Shown: positions 1-13,884, numbered from the stretch's first letter. The stretch: DNA of 64,000 nt from Octopus vulgaris (GCA_951406725.2 OX597815.1:139376001-139440000), one strand, 5' to 3'. Numbers and translations are program-made. The notes: generated from the letters alone by a model not told the origin.

Positions 1-1175
1 ACTAACACTTCCTTAGAGTCACTGAGTAGAGGGTGTAATATAACTGGAAATAATCACATATATTCAGCCGAGAGTGCTGCTGTATCCATCTCGCTGACAA
101 TCTAAAAAAAAGTGCCATCTTTATATGAGTTAGGAGCTTGGTCACCTTCAAACACGAGATGACGAACAAGATAGCCTTGGTAAATAACAGATCAATAGTA
201 TACGCGTATGCCTTGATAAATAGCAGTTCTGCAATGCATGGCTAGGTAAGTAGTAGTTATACAATATACTTTAGTTAATAGTAGTTCTATAATCTAGTCA
301 ATAGTTGTTATACAATTCATGTCGTCTGAAACAATAATTCTATGACATCAATGTCTTTTTATCTGCAAAATGTCTTTTCAATCAGAAATATGATACTTTC
401 TTTGTCATATAATGGAATCAGTTGAACTTCAGCATCCAATAGTCAGCATATTTGTACTAACATTCAGACCATCCTACGTTTAAATGATTATAAAACTTTG
501 TTTTGTTTTGTTTTGTTTTTGTTTTTCTTTACATAAAACTATAGAAAGCAACCATAGTATGATAAATATTTAAAATCGATAACTACAAAATAGCTAGATC
601 GATAACTACAAGTAGTTTCTTTGTAATGAACTATTCTGCAAAGGTTGACAAAATTAGAATATGTTGATAAGAGCAAATAATGTTATCATTTGGTCAGTGA
701 CCGAAAACTATATAATGGAAAACAGGCATAACATTTTTATTTGTTCCGTTATATTGATGTGTTGCAATAAGCTAAATATAACAACAGCTTTGGTCGCATA
801 GTATTTTTGCGAAAATAAGAAAGTCATTTTAAATATGTATGGATACTAATAGACTCGTTTGTAAAGTTCGTAATATAGTATATACAGCGATGGTCATATA
901 CAGTACTAAGTAATTCAAATAATTTACATAGCTAAGGAATATCTTCATTTTATTATAAAACCTGAAAACCACATTATCAGGCAATCTTTTGTTAGTATTG
1001 TCCCTAGATAATTGGTATACGAAATCAGCCAATATAAATTCAGCCATTAAAATGTACTAAATATCACGGTACCGTCCAGGTAATCAGATGCTCTTATATA
1101 CTATTGGTCACGATGTGCTTCCAATTTCGTCTTGATTGCGCCATTCTTTTCCAACATGACCTAAATTGCCTAATT

Positions 1176-1505
1176 AAATCGTCTTCCCGTCGTTGTGGAG
1201 CCCTTCTAAGTCATCTTTTCCGATCTCTTGGATTCCACTCAACAATTGTATGGGTCTAATTGTTGTCTGTGAACTTTGCAATATGTCCGGCCCAGCTCAA
1301 CTTGTGCCTTCGGTACTCGGCGATTACATCCTTCATTCTGTCCCCTTCTTTAATTATCTCATTTCGAATGTGCTATCTTAGTGATATTCCTAGCATGGAT
1401 CTTTCCATGGCCCTTTGCGTCGTAGCCGATCAATGTGCTATCCTCTTTGTAGTAGCTACGTCTCACTTGCACATAAGAGCACCAGTGGGATGCGCTATTG
1501 AAGAG
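1176..1505 (-). mobile_element. RTE-clade LINE, degenerate C-terminal fragment
   Basis: Minus-strand translation TTQRAMERSMLGISLR*HIRNEII...KLSWAGHIAKFTDNN*THTIVEWNPRDRKR, with stops, matches the conserved RTE ORF C-terminal pattern (QRAMER..WAGH..W.P..KR). Confidence 0.8.
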
Positions 1506-2949
1506 TCTGACACGTATGGCATAATTATTTTGTTCTTATAATCATGCTGATTTTAATTTTATCCCAAATGGTAAAGAGATCGCATAAAATCTTCTAATGT
1601 CCGTTTTGTTATCTAATTAATGCTCACTTTTGACTCGCGTTAATTATAAATGCAATCGTTTTTATTGTTAATGCAATATTACTATTGTTAATAGAATGAG
1701 ATTTAGCAATAATGGATAGTCGTTCGTGAGAATTTTATATCGTTATTTTCTGAAATTTGTATTCAATTAAGGAATGATAAATCATTTTGTAACTCAAATT
1801 TTAACTGTAAGTCAAATGTCCCATATTCTTGTTTTGCAGTCCTACAATAGCCACTACAACCATTTCACATTTTACATTTTCCGTTCAGTCACATTATTTC
1901 TTAAATGTTATGCAGAGAGCCAAGTGCAGTTTTTCAATTTTTATATCTTCCTGTGGAAAGCAATATTAAAAATGTTTTATTTAGATTATTATAATTAACC
2001 TTAGAATAATTGACTTCCTATTTTCCGTGATTACTTCCTATATTTTACTTATGCGATCCTTCCCGTATAATATGTATGATATTGGTTTAAATTAACTGAC
2101 TTAAACATTATGTTCGGTATTTAAAATACCATTAACTAAATACAAATGAAAGTCAGTGTATGTGTGGAGGTTGACAACTAGCATATGGACATTGTGTTGT
2201 TTTATAAACCTCTTAGAAAGATCGTGCTGAGGTCTTCATACTCTGATGATTTTATTTCTAATTAAGACTTTCGAAGAATAATAATTGCTTTCTTTCAGCT
2301 TGGTAGTCAAGTACATTGCTTTGTTGTCGTTTGTTTGAATATTGTTGTTGAGTTGTCTGAGAATAGGAAAACATTGCTGCGTGTTTTTCTTTTTCTCTTC
2401 TAAGTGCGTTAATTTACTTGATACTATTAATTATCATTCTGAATGTTCTGTTGAACACAATCAACACAGACAGAATATTTTATTCAAGTATGTAGTAAAT
2501 AAATGAAGAATATTCAGAACAAAACAACAATAAAGCAATCAGTTGAGTTAAGTGTTCTCAACGTTAAGTCACGTTCTCCGATTTCCCATTGGTCATTTGC
2601 TCCATCAATTAGTTCTAGCTGATGTATTTGAAAGTTAAAGCAAAACAATTAAGGAATTCTTGTTTCATCTTAAAAATGTAAAAAAGAAAAACAATCGACA
2701 AACCGAAAATTCTTTGGAGATATTTGGTTAATTTATTTGCAATGTAGTTCTTAATATAATTTCTTAAGTATGAGCACAAAAATGAGATATTAAATGGCCC
2801 ATGACTTCACATTAGTGTCACTTTGCTTGTTATATAACGACTATATTCTTTTTATTGCATTTTTATTGAACCTAAGTGCTCACTGTGTAAGGTATTGAAC
2901 TCCCTACGATGCCGGTTATCCCTTGATATATTATTTTTTATATTATTGT

Positions 2950-3488
2950 TGAGTGGGAGAGTAGTGCATGCCATCAAAGTGAAGCTGGAGTAAAATATGC
3001 GAAGCCCAGTAAACCTATCATGACTACTCCTCTGGTAAGAGTACGTCAGGCACATGCATCACAACCATATTTACACGACATGGTGATCACATATCAAAAT
3101 AAACAGCGCATGACTCTGCAGGCGGGGCCCGTTTAGAATTTTTTTCAGGTCAAGTAGCCCATCCCGCTCAGAAGATCCCTGAATAAAGGTTGTTTTAGGG
3201 TGTTGAACGAAACACTCATATTTCCAGAAGTGAATTATTCAAAATCCAAAGAATTCCACTCAACAAATGTTTATGATGCTCCCCCACTACTTCTGCTCGT
3301 GATCAGAGATGTACATATCGTCAACTTCCAAGGGTCGACTGATTAAGGTCAAACAACTGACAAGCAAATCTGTGGTACTAAGCAGAATATTTCATGTAGC
3401 CCATACCAAGGCAAAACAATGTACATGATAACACTTCTAGTCAGATACAATCAGAGGCCATGAGAGCCAGTGTCTGGTACTGCATCCG
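2950..3488. mobile_element. Dispersed non-coding repeat (~540 bp), probably a non-autonomous retroelement
   Basis: Its first ~110 bp (GAGAGxAGxGCATGCCATCAAxGTGA...ATCATGACTAC...CAGGCAxATGC) recur at 8992-9100. It is flanked by TTA/CAT-type short repeats. Confidence 0.6.
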
Positions 3489-3545
3489 TTGATGTACCAT
3501 CATCATCATCATTGTTGTTATTATTATTATTATTATTATTATTAA

Positions 3546-4447
3546 TTTTCTGTTGCTTCACGAAATTGGTGTTCCCAGCTGTATTATGCATCTTCAAGTC
3601 ATGGTGTTTTTGTTATGTATTTATCTGAATATTTTTTTTATCATACCTAATGTGCCTACTATGATTAGAACTGTTTCTGTTTTTAGATTCCACATTCGAG
3701 CTACCTCTATTTCCAGGTATTTGTATTTTGAAAGTTTCTCCATTTCTTTTAGAAAAACGTTGTCATCTGCTGGTATTGATACATCAATCAGAAAGCATTT
3801 TTTCTTCATGATCTCTGACAAGTATATATGGCTTATTGGCCTTAATTTCTCTATCTGTGTTTATTGACATATCCCAGAGTATGGTTGCTTTCTCATTGTC
3901 TGTGATTGTTTCTGGCGTGTGCCTATACCATCTTTTTCTGTTGTTATTCTATAGTGTTGGCATAGCTTCCAGTGTATGTAGGTCCCAACTCTGTCGTGTC
4001 CATCTCCACATATTTTGCAGTTACTTGTTATGTTTCTTTTCATTACATGTTTTTGGTAATTTCTGGTGTGGAGGCTTTGGTCTTGTGCTCCAATTAAAAA
4101 TCCTTCAGTCTCTGCTTTGAATCCTGAGCTTCTCAACCATTACTGGGATTTTTCTCTGTCTATTTCTTTTGCATTTATTTTAGCCCAGTATTTGCCATGA
4201 AGGTGCTTTTCTTGCCATCGTTTTATCATGGTCCGTTGCTGTTCTAGTTTTAGCTTGGATTTCATTTGTTTTATAGCTTTTGTTGTTTCTTCTTCTTCTT
4301 CATATTTGTCAGGTAGTATGATTTTTTGTATTTGTCAGCTTCCTTAAATACTGAAAACAGTTTTTTGTTTTGCTCTGTTTTGTGGCTATTTGTTTTAGCT
4401 ATGCCTTGCAGTCCTATGGTGGTTATTTTATAATAATTTACCAGCTG
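3546..4447 (-). mobile_element. R4/Dong-like non-LTR retrotransposon 3' fragment (zinc-knuckle remnant plus restriction-like endonuclease)
   Basis: Frameshifted peptides KAETEGFLIGAQDQSLHTRNYQKH..CKICG..HDRVGTYIHWKLC and CFLIDVSIPADDNVFLKEMEKLSKYKYLEIEVARMW...IIVGTLGMI. Bounded by (TTA)n on both sides. Confidence 0.85.
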
Positions 4448-4473
4448 CATATCATTATTATTATTCCATCTGT

Positions 4474-4600
<127 letters not shown>

Positions 4601-4639
4601 TTATCTGAAAGGCACTCGTATTATTCTTAATTACCGGTT

Positions 4640-5118
4640 GTTCTTTACTTGAAAGCAGGCAATAACAAATCACCAAAGGTTTCAAGTAGTGCCTTCTTCT
4701 GTGACTCAAAGCTATAATACTCCCCTTAGAATGCGAGCTGTACTCAACAGTGCTGTCTTCTGGATAACTTCGAACCTGACAGCAGCTCCAATACTCTTAA
4801 TATGTTTTGTTTTTCAATGTTCTTGGAAAATGCTCCAATTACCACCAGTATCACCATTACTTTCCTTATGTTCCATAGTTCTCCTATCTCATCCCGCAGT
4901 GGCTGGTATCTCTCACTCTTTTCTGTTTCCTTACATTTCACCCTCGAATCGCTTGGTATTGCAATATCTTTTTCATCTTTATGGATGATCACGATATCTC
5001 GCCGTCTCGCCTCTATGACTTGGTCGCACTGTATGTTAAAATCTCAGAGTATTTTGCAATGTTCTTTTTCCATTACTCCTACTGGCCTGTGTTCATACCA
5101 TTGTTCGGCTCTCGCGAG
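4640..5118 (-). mobile_element. Second R4/Dong-like 3' fragment (different subfamily)
   Basis: Minus-strand peptides EQWYEH.PVGVMEKEHCKIL*DFNIQCDQVIEARRRDIV..DIAIPSDSRVKCKETEKSERYQPLRDEIGELW..VVIGA..IQKTALLSTARILRGVL*. Confidence 0.8.
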
Positions 5119-5612
5119 GTTGCTTTACCGCACAACAGCCAGTGGACAGAATAGGTTTTCCATCGTCTTGACTTAACAACCCTCATCGTTTGTTTTTACT
5201 GTTTTGTTTTCATTGTTCTGTCTTTTACTGTTTTAACTGCTTTGTTCTTACTGTCCTGTTCTTGTTACCACTTTCACCCCCCGCAAAACATACCAAATTT
5301 TATTTAATTTGCTTTGCGGGAAGGACTGTTTCAACGAAGTCGCATCTTGTCCTTAACTTCGAACGCGGAGTAGATGAAACAGACAACTGGAGAAGGAGAA
5401 TATTCCTTGCGTTGTATGTCTTGTTTCTCTGGGGTTTTTTTCGTGTTTGAAAAAAGTTCGTTTCTATGTTTTTGTTTTTATGTTTTCGTTTCTCATTGTG
5501 TTCAACATTCTTTTTTTTTATGTCCTGTACCCATATATGCATGCATATATACATATATATGCAGGTATGTACATGTATGTATGTGTATATGCATGTATTT
5601 ATATATTATTTA

Positions 5613-6035
5613 TCTATTATATAAAATCCGTTCTGTCTGCCTGTGTGTGTCTTCTAGGATCTCGGACATCCTCCATCCGATTGCGCTCAAATTTGATATG
5701 TAGATACCGACGGTATCAGGTCGTGTATAAGTCTTGAAAAATTACAAAAATCGATTCCAGGTGAGAATGCGATCAATAAAGCCGTGAGAACGTGCATTTG
5801 TAAAATCGTTTTACTTGGAATAGAAAAACGTCTATCTTTATTTCTTCTTTTGCTGGTGTCTCAAATTTAGGTTAAATCAGTGTTTCTCAAAGGGGATGCC
5901 TATGGGACGGTCGGACAAGTTGTTTTGAGAAAATTTGGTTTAAATGTTTGACAACTCAGCACCGTCCATTGGACGGGGGGGGGCGTTTTGCTCGTATTTT
6001 TATATGATCGAACGCCATGCATCCTTTTCCAAGTA
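5613..6035 (+). mobile_element. Non-autonomous Helitron-like element, 5' part
   Basis: A|TCTATTATATAAAA start followed by a CTGT/GT micro-repeat and CCGATTGCGCTCAAATTTG, typical of animal non-autonomous Helitron 5' ends. No CTRR 3' end was found. Confidence 0.45.
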
Positions 6036-6036
6036 A

Positions 6037-6068
<32 letters not shown>

Positions 6069-7352
6069 GGTGGAGCTAATATGTAATTCCTCCTCATCCC
6101 CTCCCTCCCTACCCCTCTCTCTCCCCAACTGTCATTTTACATTTCCCTTGTGTATTAACAATTCGCAGTAAACATTATTCTGCAAAACAACCCTTCAGTT
6201 AACACTAGAAAGACAATGATATTCTGACATTAGCATTTTTGTTAGAATATATCTTCTCTCTATTATTCATATTTTTCTGTATTACTCATTATTTATTCAT
6301 GCTATACCATTATAGTTTTTCATCCTTATTTCTGGTTAATATTTTATTCAGATATGTGGAATATTAAATATTTATTATTTAGATTCAAATATGAACAACA
6401 AACTTAAACCTCCCTGTCTTGTTATTCTTATTATTGTGAAATGTTCTAATTATGTAATCCAAATGTTAGTCGTTGGTGTATGTATGTCACTGAACTATTC
6501 ACTCTATTAATTCTAACCGCTATAATTAGCTGCTAATGAATGAATCAATTAGATAAGAGATAGTTTAATAAATAGTCCATGGTTATATCATTAGACTACG
6601 ACAGAAACGTTTCTGCGGCCAAACACCGTAATATAAAAATACGAAGTCTACTTAATTCAATAGCGGATAACTCAGGTTTAAATTATTCATATCCGCCATA
6701 GCTCTATAAAATTGATGATAAATTAACTTAAATCTCTGACTGATTGTGTGCCGAGTCTTGCTACCTTATGTATTGACTGTAAATTCAAGCAGTTTTAAAT
6801 TCCTCGGTAGAGGAATATGTTTGAAAGCTTGAAGTCAGTATTTCTTTACATCTTTAAGACGTAATCCTGAGTTTTTAAGGTGTACACACTTAGCATGGTG
6901 ATCGCAACATTGAGTGCCGCCTTTATCTTTTCATCAACCATTTATTTTACTGTAAATTGCTTCCTCCTCTAAATGTTATTTAAAAAGGACTTGACATATC
7001 ACTTATCTCTAGACTGAAACATATATAATGCATATAATTACAGGTATAGTTTCATATATATCTGTTACAGGTATACGTTTTATATATATATCTATTCTAT
7101 GTACTTCTTTGCTTTTTCTTTTCTTTTGCATTTTAAACACTTAAACATGTTTTCTCCATAATTATATATTTTCATGCAGTACAGTTAATTTCCTGTCTGT
7201 GCTTTATCATTTTCTTAAGTAGAACGAAAGCTTTTCCTTCATAGTTCCTAATTAATTTTCGAGTCACAAATTCAATTTACTTACTTCTAAATAATTTTTT
7301 TAAGTCTACTGTAAATAGATTTTTATTTGTATCTGACTCCGTCTTCTGTCAA

Positions 7353-7862
<510 letters not shown>

Positions 7863-8991
7863 ATCAGATATATTTTACTTATATCAACTTTAGTCTGGTG
7901 GTTTGCACTTTTATCATTGGTTGATTTCTTTTGCCTTAGCTCTTCACTTCACTAATTCCCCATCCATTATACTGAAGTTGAGATATATGACGTGGATGGC
8001 TCATATATTTCTTGTTATTTCATATTTCTAACATTGTATTATAAATTTTAATATTAATCTGACTCTTCTGTAGTATTTTCTACATTTCCATCTTGTATCT
8101 TATCAGTTTCGTCTACTCCTAAGTACATGTGTGGAAAGTTCTCTTCTAAGTATCTAAATTCAGTGTACATGATTTAATGTTCTGTGTTTCTTTTTAATTA
8201 ATTTGTATTTGCTTATGGTATCTTTTTCAGTATTTGTTTAATCTCACACTAAGATTCTACATCTTCACTGGATTTTAAAACACAAATTTTGATATATATT
8301 TTTCTCAACTGGACATCATCTCTTGTAAATGTCTTGAAGTGAGAGTTACAATTTGTTTGTAACATATATAAGTGATTAGTGATTTAATGCAGCAGATTTA
8401 TCAATGGAGTCTGGTGAAGGGAAAAGTGAAGGCGTGATACTGCGTCCACCTAGAAGGTGATAAGACAAGTTTTGATCCTCTATTTGTTTTGTAGTGATGA
8501 AGTTGTTAAATACAAATACACCAAACACAACCATTTTGATATGGCATTGGCTGGTGTATTTTGTTCTTTAATATTGCTGTTCATTTTGTAGTTGTTATTT
8601 CCTTATTGTGTGCTTTCTATTTTACATCCCGTAAATCCAGGAAGAAAAAAAGGTATTATAGGTATTATAGGGATGATGCTACTTGATTGAAATTCTTAGG
8701 GCCTTATGCGTTGTTATTACACGCGTCGAATGTTATATGATGAATAAATACTCTATACGATAACTCTAATATAAAACAAAAAGCAATCATTGGTTTTACT
8801 TACAAATATTCCTTAGAGTATCATTTTTTCCTTCCTTCTCTCTTTTTACTTTTTAATTTGATGATTTATTAGATTTCGATTTTACATAGGGTTTGTATTT
8901 TTCCTACATCTCTGAACAAGTACATCTTGTAGTTGTTCAATACTCCTAGTCAGTCACTTGTTATTATTCAGTCTGAGCAGATATCGTCGTT

Positions 8992-9100
8992 GAGAGCAGC
9001 GCATGCCATCAAGGTGATACTGTGGTACAAATATATGAAGCCTAATATACCCATCATGACTACCCGTCTGATAAGGATACACCAGGCATATATGCCTGGC
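8992..9100. mobile_element. Partial copy of the 2950-3488 repeat
   Basis: Direct similarity to 2957-3060. Confidence 0.7.
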
Positions 9101-9553
9101 ACTTATTCGATCAATCTTTTTTACTGATTTGCTAATTTACGAAATGACGTAAACACACCAGCACCGGTTGTCGCCGGGTATATCTTGCGTCTGCGCGGAG
9201 GTTTGAAAAGTTAAGATATACAAACCGTTAGAACAACATGTGCTCTAACGCTCTGTGCATTCAGGATTAAGAAAGCTTCCCACTGACGAACCTTGCCTTG
9301 GCAAACATATTCTGCCTGTTTTGCTGGAAAGAGGTAGAAACTGATCAGTCTGGAATATATCTTTAATGGTAAATGTTTTTGACTTTCATTCTTTCCATAA
9401 ATTTATCCCTCTTTGTGTATCTAGCACTAAGCTTCCTTATTTGGGAGCCTTTTATTATATTTCTCTACGAATGATATTTTGTCTAATGACTAATTCGTCT
9501 TTTGTGCTAGGCCACTGGTAATAATAACTTATGTCATTACCCTTTTTGATTAT

Positions 9554-9589
<36 letters not shown>

Positions 9590-9844
9590 GCTACTACCTA
9601 GCGAGCCTTCACAAAGGAAGAGAGAGAGAGAGACAGACAGGCAGAAAATAGGAACATGTTCTACCTATATGAAGACTATGGAAATATTTAGAAAACATTA
9701 CATTTAATTTTTTTCTTCAATTTAATTGTTTTTCTTTGTTTTACTCTTAGTTGAAAAAAATCGAAGACTGAATCTGGCACTAATCATTACAAAATGTATT
9801 TCATGATAAAATTATTTTAGCAATTTCCACCTTGTCTTATTTTC

Positions 9845-9889
<45 letters not shown>

Positions 9890-9891
<2 letters not shown>

Positions 9892-10217
9892 AGTAGTTGA
9901 ATAAATTATCTTATTATGGATAATTCGGTTAACCGATACCTGGGTAGCAAATTTCCGTCAGAAAAACATGGTTGAAGCTACATGCCTAGGGCAGAGATCA
10001 CGTGCTATCGTGTCGAAATTTGTGTGTTTTTTTTAATACAAATAAATGAAAGAATATAGTTGAACGACAAATTAACAAAATTCCTTACTTTTCCTGATGA
10101 GATGGCGGCATAATGCACCCCTTATTCCTTCGAAATTAGGAATATGCAGCCTTCGAAACATATGTCGAAAATGAAATAAAGGAATTTTGTTAATTCGTCG
10201 TTCAACTCCATTCTTTC

Positions 10218-10222
<5 letters not shown>
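9890..10222. mobile_element. Short fold-back element derived from a Penelope-like pseudo-LTR, between (TA)n tracts
   Basis: ~45-bp inverted arms (10043-10087 / 10177-10222) enclose a hammerhead. The left flank resembles the PLE tail at 35742-35940. Confidence 0.7.
10089..10171 (+). ncRNA. Type I hammerhead ribozyme (minimal stem III, extended stem II)
   Basis: Stem I TTTTC/GAAAA; core CTGATGA at 10094-10100; stem II GATGGCGGCATA/TATGCAGCCTTC with inner hairpin TATTCCT..AGGAATA; GAAAC-ATAT-GTC at 10155-10166. Predicted cleavage is after 10166. Confidence 0.8.
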
Positions 10223-10270
<48 letters not shown>

Positions 10271-10703
10271 AAGAAGATGGAGGAATAGATTCCTTTCAAT
10301 CATCAACTTCCAGATAATACCAATTCATATAATTTATTAACTAATTAATTAAATAGGAACATCCAAATCCAACAGAATAAGACAGAATAAAACAATATAC
10401 ATCAATAAGTAAGATAATACCATATAAATAATATATATAAAATGGATCTTACAGCTGTTTCAGTCTGTAGATAAGGATATCCCATTATGCCCATATTAGT
10501 CAGATGTATTGAGGTTATATGCAGTTATCCATTTTATATATATTATTTATATGGTATTATCTTACTTATTGATGTATATTGTTTTATTCCGTCTTATTCT
10601 GTTGGATTTGGATGTTCCTATTTAATTAATTAGTTAATAAATTATATGAATTGGTATTATCTGGAAGTTGATGAATGAAAGGAATCTATTCCTCCATTTT
10701 CTT
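10271..10703. repeat. 177-bp near-perfect inverted repeat with 79-bp spacer (probable PLE inverted pLTR)
   Basis: Arms 10271-10447 and 10527-10703 have 3 mismatches by eye. The spacer begins CTTACAGCTGTTTC, which reads GAAAC-AGCT-GTA on the minus strand (half of a hammerhead). Confidence 0.9.
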
Positions 10704-10883
10704 ATTTTGTATTACGAATTTGAGGTAAAACATTTTACCTTCGCCCATATAATACAATAAATGAACTAATTGCATTGCAATTGTAAGCATTTATGCATTA
10801 GCCTTTTGGGTATTTTACTGGCAGTATATTGGATAAATGATAACCCATAGTGGGTTACAATCATAACCCCTATCTCGCTTTGC

Positions 10884-10929
<46 letters not shown>

Positions 10930-11204
10930 GGTGAGTTCTTTTTTGAAAATTCACCACCAGTAGCCTAGCATGTATAGAAAGTCAATAGACAACATGTTCT
11001 CAAATATAAAATAGTATACATTTAAACACAAGAGAAAACTTACCTTCAACAGGCAGTTTTTACACGCTAGAAGAAGTAGTGAAAACTACCAAAACCACAT
11101 TTAAATGCAATCTTCAAAAGAAATGAAAAATAAAATAAAATCCTTTACCCTGTTATTTTATTCCGGTTAGACCTAGATTTCTAAATTTTTTTAGCAAATA
11201 AATT

Positions 11205-11207
11205 ATG

Positions 11208-11249
<42 letters not shown>

Positions 11250-11276
11250 TATATACATATATATATATATATACAC

Positions 11277-11339
<63 letters not shown>

Positions 11340-11351
11340 TATATGTGTATG

Positions 11352-11385
<34 letters not shown>

Positions 11386-11626
11386 TATGTATATATATAT
11401 ATGCATATATATATGTGTATATATATATGCATATATATATGTATGTATGTATGTATATATATGTATATATATATATGTATATATATGTATGTATATATAT
11501 ATATACATATACATAAATATATATATATGTATATATATATACACATATATATATACATATACATATATATATGTGTGTGTGTATGTGTGTGTGTGTGTGT
11601 GTGTGTATTCATATATATACATATAT
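11205..11626. repeat. Compound (TA)/(CA)/(TG) microsatellite
   Basis: Seen directly. Confidence 0.97.
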
Positions 11627-11629
11627 AAA

Positions 11630-11762
11630 ACTGGCTGCTACTTCTCGTCTATCAAATCCACTTACAAGGCTTTGATCGGTCCGAGGCTATAGTTGAAGAT
11701 ACTTGCCTAAGGTACCATGCAGAGCGACTGAACTTAGAACCATGTGCATGGGAAGCAAGCTT
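11630..11762 (-). mobile_element. SINE family A, diverged 5' portion
   Basis: AAATCCACTTACAAGGCTTTGATCGGTCCGAGGCTATAG...ACTTGCCTAAGGT...ACTGAAC matches 7730-7840. Confidence 0.75.
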
Positions 11763-11774
11763 ATATTTATGTTT

Positions 11775-12176
11775 TTATTGCCAACAGGGGGAAAACATAG
11801 AGAGGACAAAAGAGGACAAATGGATTAAGACGATTACATCGACCCCAGCGTATAACTGGTTCTTATTTAATCGACCTCGAAAGTATGAAAGGCAAAGTCG
11901 ACCTCGGCGGTATTTGAACTAAGAACCTAACGGCAGACAAAATACCTATTTCTTTACTACCCACAAGGGGCTAAACACTGAGGGGACAAACAAGGATAGA
12001 CATAGGTATTAAGTCGATTACATCGACCCAAGTGCGTAACTGGTACTTAATTAATCGACCCCGAAAGGATGAAAGGAAAAGTCGACCTCGGCGGAATTTG
12101 AACTCAGAACGTAACGGCAGACGAAATACCGCTAAGCATTTCGCCCGGCGTGCTAACGTTTCTGCCAACTTGCTAC
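11775..12176 (-). mobile_element. tRNA-derived SINE family B, head-to-tail dimer
   Basis: Two consecutive units contain GAGTTCAAATTCCGCCGAGGTCGACTTT.CCTTTCAT.CTT.C..GGTCGAT.AA.TAAG.ACCAG (B-box plus a conserved central domain resembling the Meta/MESC SINE domain). The second unit lacks the A-box. Confidence 0.85.
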
Positions 12177-13654
12177 CTTTATTACCACACAGCCACGCCT
12201 GCGCCTATGCTCTTTACATTCTGGGTTCATCTCCTACCGAGATAGACTTTACTTTACATCCTTTTGGGGTGGAGCTGGTGTTGATTAACCCTCATCCCTC
12301 AAACGTTTTCCTTTGTTCCTCAATAGAAACCATGACTATTTCTTACTATCATATTTTCAAAGATTTTCAGCAAGATTTTCACTGCGTCACTTGATGTACC
12401 TCCGTATTTTTAGTTTTATAGATTGTATTGTTTGTTAGGTGAGATAGAAAGTATTTGTTGTTCATCTAATATATGTATATGTATTTAGGCTGCATCTATT
12501 GTATTTAGAGTTGATTATGTACATAATGTTATGTAATTTGTGCTAGAGTTGTACATTGTAGCGCCGTATGTTTTATGGTATTTTGAATGAAATTGTTGTT
12601 GGTGTACATGCTCTTTTTTGTATCAAGTTCAGTAGATTGATTATACTTCGATTTGTTTCAAGTCTTTAATTTTTTATAGTTCGTGGCTTGTTAGAATGTT
12701 TAGGTCTTACTTTAAAAATATCATGACTGATCTTTTATAAATCCTTGTCATTCTGGACAGCTATTTTATTGCTACAGACCGAGTTTGGTAAGTATTTATC
12801 GCAATCTACGCAATTAATTTTTCGTAAATTTTGTCTTTACTAGATTGAACAGCTGTCCAATGAATAAAGTTAAACACATACCATTTATGTACATTTAAAA
12901 ATAAATTTATTGGAAAACAACACAGCTGCACAAATCGATGTAGCTACCGAATTAGCCATTTCTAGATACATTCTGTGTTTACTTGGTCGGGCATTTGTAC
13001 AATGGATATAGCTATGTAACCAGTGGTATAAATTGATACATTGTCTATTAGGACTAAGCAGTTGTCAAATGGATATAGCTATACATCCAGTAATATTTAT
13101 ACATTTTACTTTAATAGTCTTGAACATCTGTCCACTGAATAATGCTATCTACCCAGCCATATCAAGTGATACATCGTCTTTACAAGAATCGGGCATTTGT
13201 CGAATGGATGTAACTATCTAGCCGGTCATTTACATTACACTCTGTCTTTGCTAAAAATTGGCAGTCGAAAGTGATGTGATCGATCGAGTCGTAAATGATT
13301 GCATAATTGCTTTATTCTTGTAGTTTGTTTTTATGGCCTGGTATTGATTTTGTGTTGCTAAAATCAGACACCCGTTTCTACTGAAGTCAAGAGACGTTTA
13401 ATAATTGCTTTCTTTCATATTGTTTCACTTCCTTCATGTCTTGCAGGATATTGGCCTTGGAGAGGGTTATATTTTACTCTATTTCTTTTTTTAAAATTTT
13501 ATAATTTGGAATTCTAATTTCATTATATTTCTGTTTAATGTTTAGTTATTTCTGCTTCGCTTTTTTTTTATCTTAACGTAAATCATTCATTCAGGCAGAC
13601 TTAGCTTATAAATTATAATTATCGTCACCTTATATACAGAAAATAGTTTTGCCG

Positions 13655-13812
13655 AGTAGCTGTGTGGTAAGTAGCTTGCTTACTAACGACATGGTTCCGG
13701 GTTCAGTCCCACTGCGTGGCACCTTGGGAAAATGTCTTCTAATATAGCCTCGGGTCGAACAAAACCTTGTGAGTGGATTTGGTAGACGGAAACTGAAAGA
13801 AGCCCGTCGTAT
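13655..13812 (+). mobile_element. SINE family A, 5' half
   Basis: GCTGTGTGGTAAGTAGCTTGC..GGTTCAGTCCCACTGCGTGGCACCTTGGG..GAAGCCCGTCG, followed by a microsatellite. Confidence 0.9.
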
Positions 13813-13819
13813 ATATGTG

Positions 13820-13884
<65 letters not shown>

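Noticed and set aside
7900-8350. Possible old Penelope RT remnant (minus strand KYMSHPRHI)
   Set aside because: A single short motif is insufficient support.
8396-8456. Possible exon (LSMESGEGKSEGVILRPPR) with AG/GT borders
   Set aside because: No polypyrimidine tract, a weak donor and no recognisable homology.
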